From positions 17,918,001-17,982,000 of the forward strand of contig NC_043009.1 in the NCBI RefSeq assembly GCF_006345805.1: 64,000 nucleotides of DNA, given 5' to 3'. The notes under the pieces were generated by a model, which did not search any database, had not been told where the DNA came from, and saw only the letters and a list, made by a program, of their open reading frames with translations. Each line of letters opens with the position of its first letter. Positions within the stretch are counted from its first letter, which is position 1. This DNA comes from Octopus sinensis (lineage: Eukaryota). Below are positions 63,627-64,000 of the stretch, piece by piece. A program made the position numbers and the translations under genes.

Positions 63627-64000
63627 GCGGGCGTATGATATTTGACGACAGATTTATGTTTGTAAGAAAACATAGTAATAGGCTAATAACTTTATCAAAA
63701 AATGCTATGAGGATAATAAAAATAAACGTCCTTTTCTCTGTTATTCAATAAAGCCACTTTCAGCTTCAACAATTGTTTCTATATGAGATCTAAATCATCT
63801 ACATGCTCGAATCAAATGGTCCTGGATCATTTGGGACATTACTCTGACTACGGCAGCTTTCAAAGAATCTTTGGTGTTATGGGCGTGTTCATTGACCTCT
63901 CTTTCAACAACGCTCCACATCTAATAGTCCAATGAATTGACATCTGGAGAATTAGGAGGCCAAATGTTAGGCCTTATGTGATCATGAAAATTTTCAGCCA
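63627..64000 (-). pseudogene. Tc1/mariner transposase C-terminus, runs off the window
   Basis: IWPPNSPDVNSLDY*MWSVVE...HNTKDSLKAA...RACR*FRSHIE...AESGFIE*. Confidence 0.88.

Overview
This is AT-rich eukaryotic DNA saturated with microsatellites ((TA)n, (CA)n, (CATA)n, (TAGA)n, triplet tracts) and decayed transposons. The SINE families and repeat make-up look like a coleoid cephalopod, most likely Octopus (inference from recalled repeat motifs, no search run). I cannot confirm any intact host protein-coding gene, and almost all ORFs in the supplied track are microsatellite translations. Recognisable by motif are R4/Dong-like RLE LINE relics, three Penelope-like (RT-thumb/GIY-YIG) relics, I-group, L1/Tx1 and RTE LINE relics, three tRNA-derived SINE families, Helitrons, mariner/Tc1/Tigger/hAT fragments, candidate solo LTRs and many fold-back palindromes. 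The main find is a set of minus-strand minimal hammerhead ribozyme motifs in short Penelope-type repeats, most embedded in (TA)n. Three related copies show stem covariation, and a fourth, unrelated one has an intact catalytic core, suggesting a retrozyme-like non-autonomous system alongside its Penelope partners. Other points of interest are a tandem stack of R4-like 3' ends each bounded by (CATA)n, CpG-rich hAT and Tigger elements that are horizontal-transfer candidates, and a possible minus-strand promoter and first exon near 44.4 kb. There is a 100-N assembly gap at 38781-38880. Boundaries were read by eye and are approximate unless termini are quoted.
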